Source: Azolla caroliniana (Eukaryota; Plantae; Polypodiophyta). From it: 64,000 nucleotides of DNA. Numbering within the stretch: position 1 is the first letter of the stretch; each line of letters begins with the position of its first letter. Both the position numbers and the translations under genes were made by a program. The notes below the pieces were generated by a model. The model ran no database searches. It saw only the letters and a program-made list of their open reading frames with translations, and was not told the origin of the DNA. Below are positions 63,090-64,000 of this stretch, one piece after another. The DNA is taken from the NCBI GenBank assembly GCA_043228905.1, contig JBHGNT010000007.1, positions 1,550,001 through 1,614,000 on the forward strand, in the 5' to 3' direction.

Positions 63090-64000
63090 TGGAAACAAGG
63101 CGGCAGAGGAATCGAGGATGAGGGGATCAGAGCTCGCTGAAGCCATGGTGGCAGTAGTCGATCAGATAGTAAGTGTTCGCGAGGGCATGGGCGCCCTCGA
63201 TAGGGCCATTGAAGCAATTGTCGGCACAATAGGCTGGTTCAATGGGAAGGACGCCACAAGTTATTTGGTGGCCTACCGAGCCGAAATGGTGATGAGAGAC
63301 ATCCCAGAAGAAAGGCATTTGGTTGGGTTCCCTAGGGTGGCGACACCGCAGAGGTGCTCGAGGTGCAGGCTGGATGCCGGACCTGGGGAGAATTCGAAGC
63401 GCGGCTCCTCGAACGGTACGGGCTTGATGACATGCTTTGGTTATCGAAGCGGGACTTCATGGATTGGGTAGAGACCCCCGGAAAGGGGATGAATACGTCG
63501 GCGCTTCTCTGGGAGTTTGAGGAACGCTTCGCGCAGCTCTCGGCACTGGACAAAGCAATGTTGGACACGAGCCACGTCTTGTTGTTTGTCAAGTCCATGG
63601 ACGCGCGGGATCGAGATCAGGTGGGTCTCCTGTTGGAGACGGATGACGGACTGACGGCCGACTGGGCCGTGGTAAAGAGAGTCTGCGGCCGTTTTGACAA
63701 ACGGCATGAGTGGGTGACAAGGGCTCATCGGGGGCAGGAGCGGTTGTGGCAAGAAAGCTCGAAGGACCCCCGCCGGCGCGAAGGGAGGAAACCCGGGATT
63801 GGCCTAAGACAGGCTCGACTTTGACCAACGTGGTCAAGGGCCCGTCTAGAGGAGAAGCTTTGGAAGAGCTGACACAGATGGTACGAGACCTCCAGATTGC
63901 ATAGGCAAGGAGGGATGGCGGCGAGCAGTTTCGCGACCGGAGGCCTCCGGGTGGGCATTGGTGCTTGTGGTGTGACGCGGTCAGTCACATCCGGAAGGAC
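63090..64000 (+). mobile_element. B-related Gypsy gag fragment, head-to-head with the previous element
   Basis: ORFs 63085-63471, 63354-63824 and 63710-63904 (VLLFVKS...LLETDDGLTADWAVVK...RDLQIA). Confidence 0.8.

Overview
Eukaryotic, almost certainly land-plant, genomic DNA; no prokaryotic features. The left ~4 kb holds the 5' part of a spliced minus-strand gene for a tandem universal stress protein (USP/UspA) domain protein. Six exons were reconstructed with GT-AG introns in consistent phase, and the gene continues off the left edge. The remaining ~60 kb is a dense nest of retroelements. A degenerate L1-type LINE is split by a solo LTR (G) that hosts a Copia (D) and a young chromovirus (F). 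D's 5' LTR hosts solo LTR E, which hosts a gag-only Gypsy (A), whose LTR hosts its pol-encoding relative (B), which hosts a very young internally deleted Copia (C); target-site duplications resolve each level. Further right are a chromovirus fragment, two more Copias and scrambled, inverted copies of the tRNA-Trp-primed Gypsy family. The most notable observations are: (i) a candidate 1.56-kb leader intron in chromovirus F that carries a five-unit hairpin repeat/spacer array; (ii) a conserved G_GAU_UUU-UAG candidate -1 frameshift placed after the protease in the tRNA-Trp Gypsy family; (iii) two non-autonomous designs (gag-only, and an in-frame gag-PR-RNaseH fusion); (iv) apparent LTR-into-LTR targeting; (v) tRNA-like Pol III heads in SINEs and inside LTRs. 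All coordinates were read by eye, and those marked approximate may be off by some bases.
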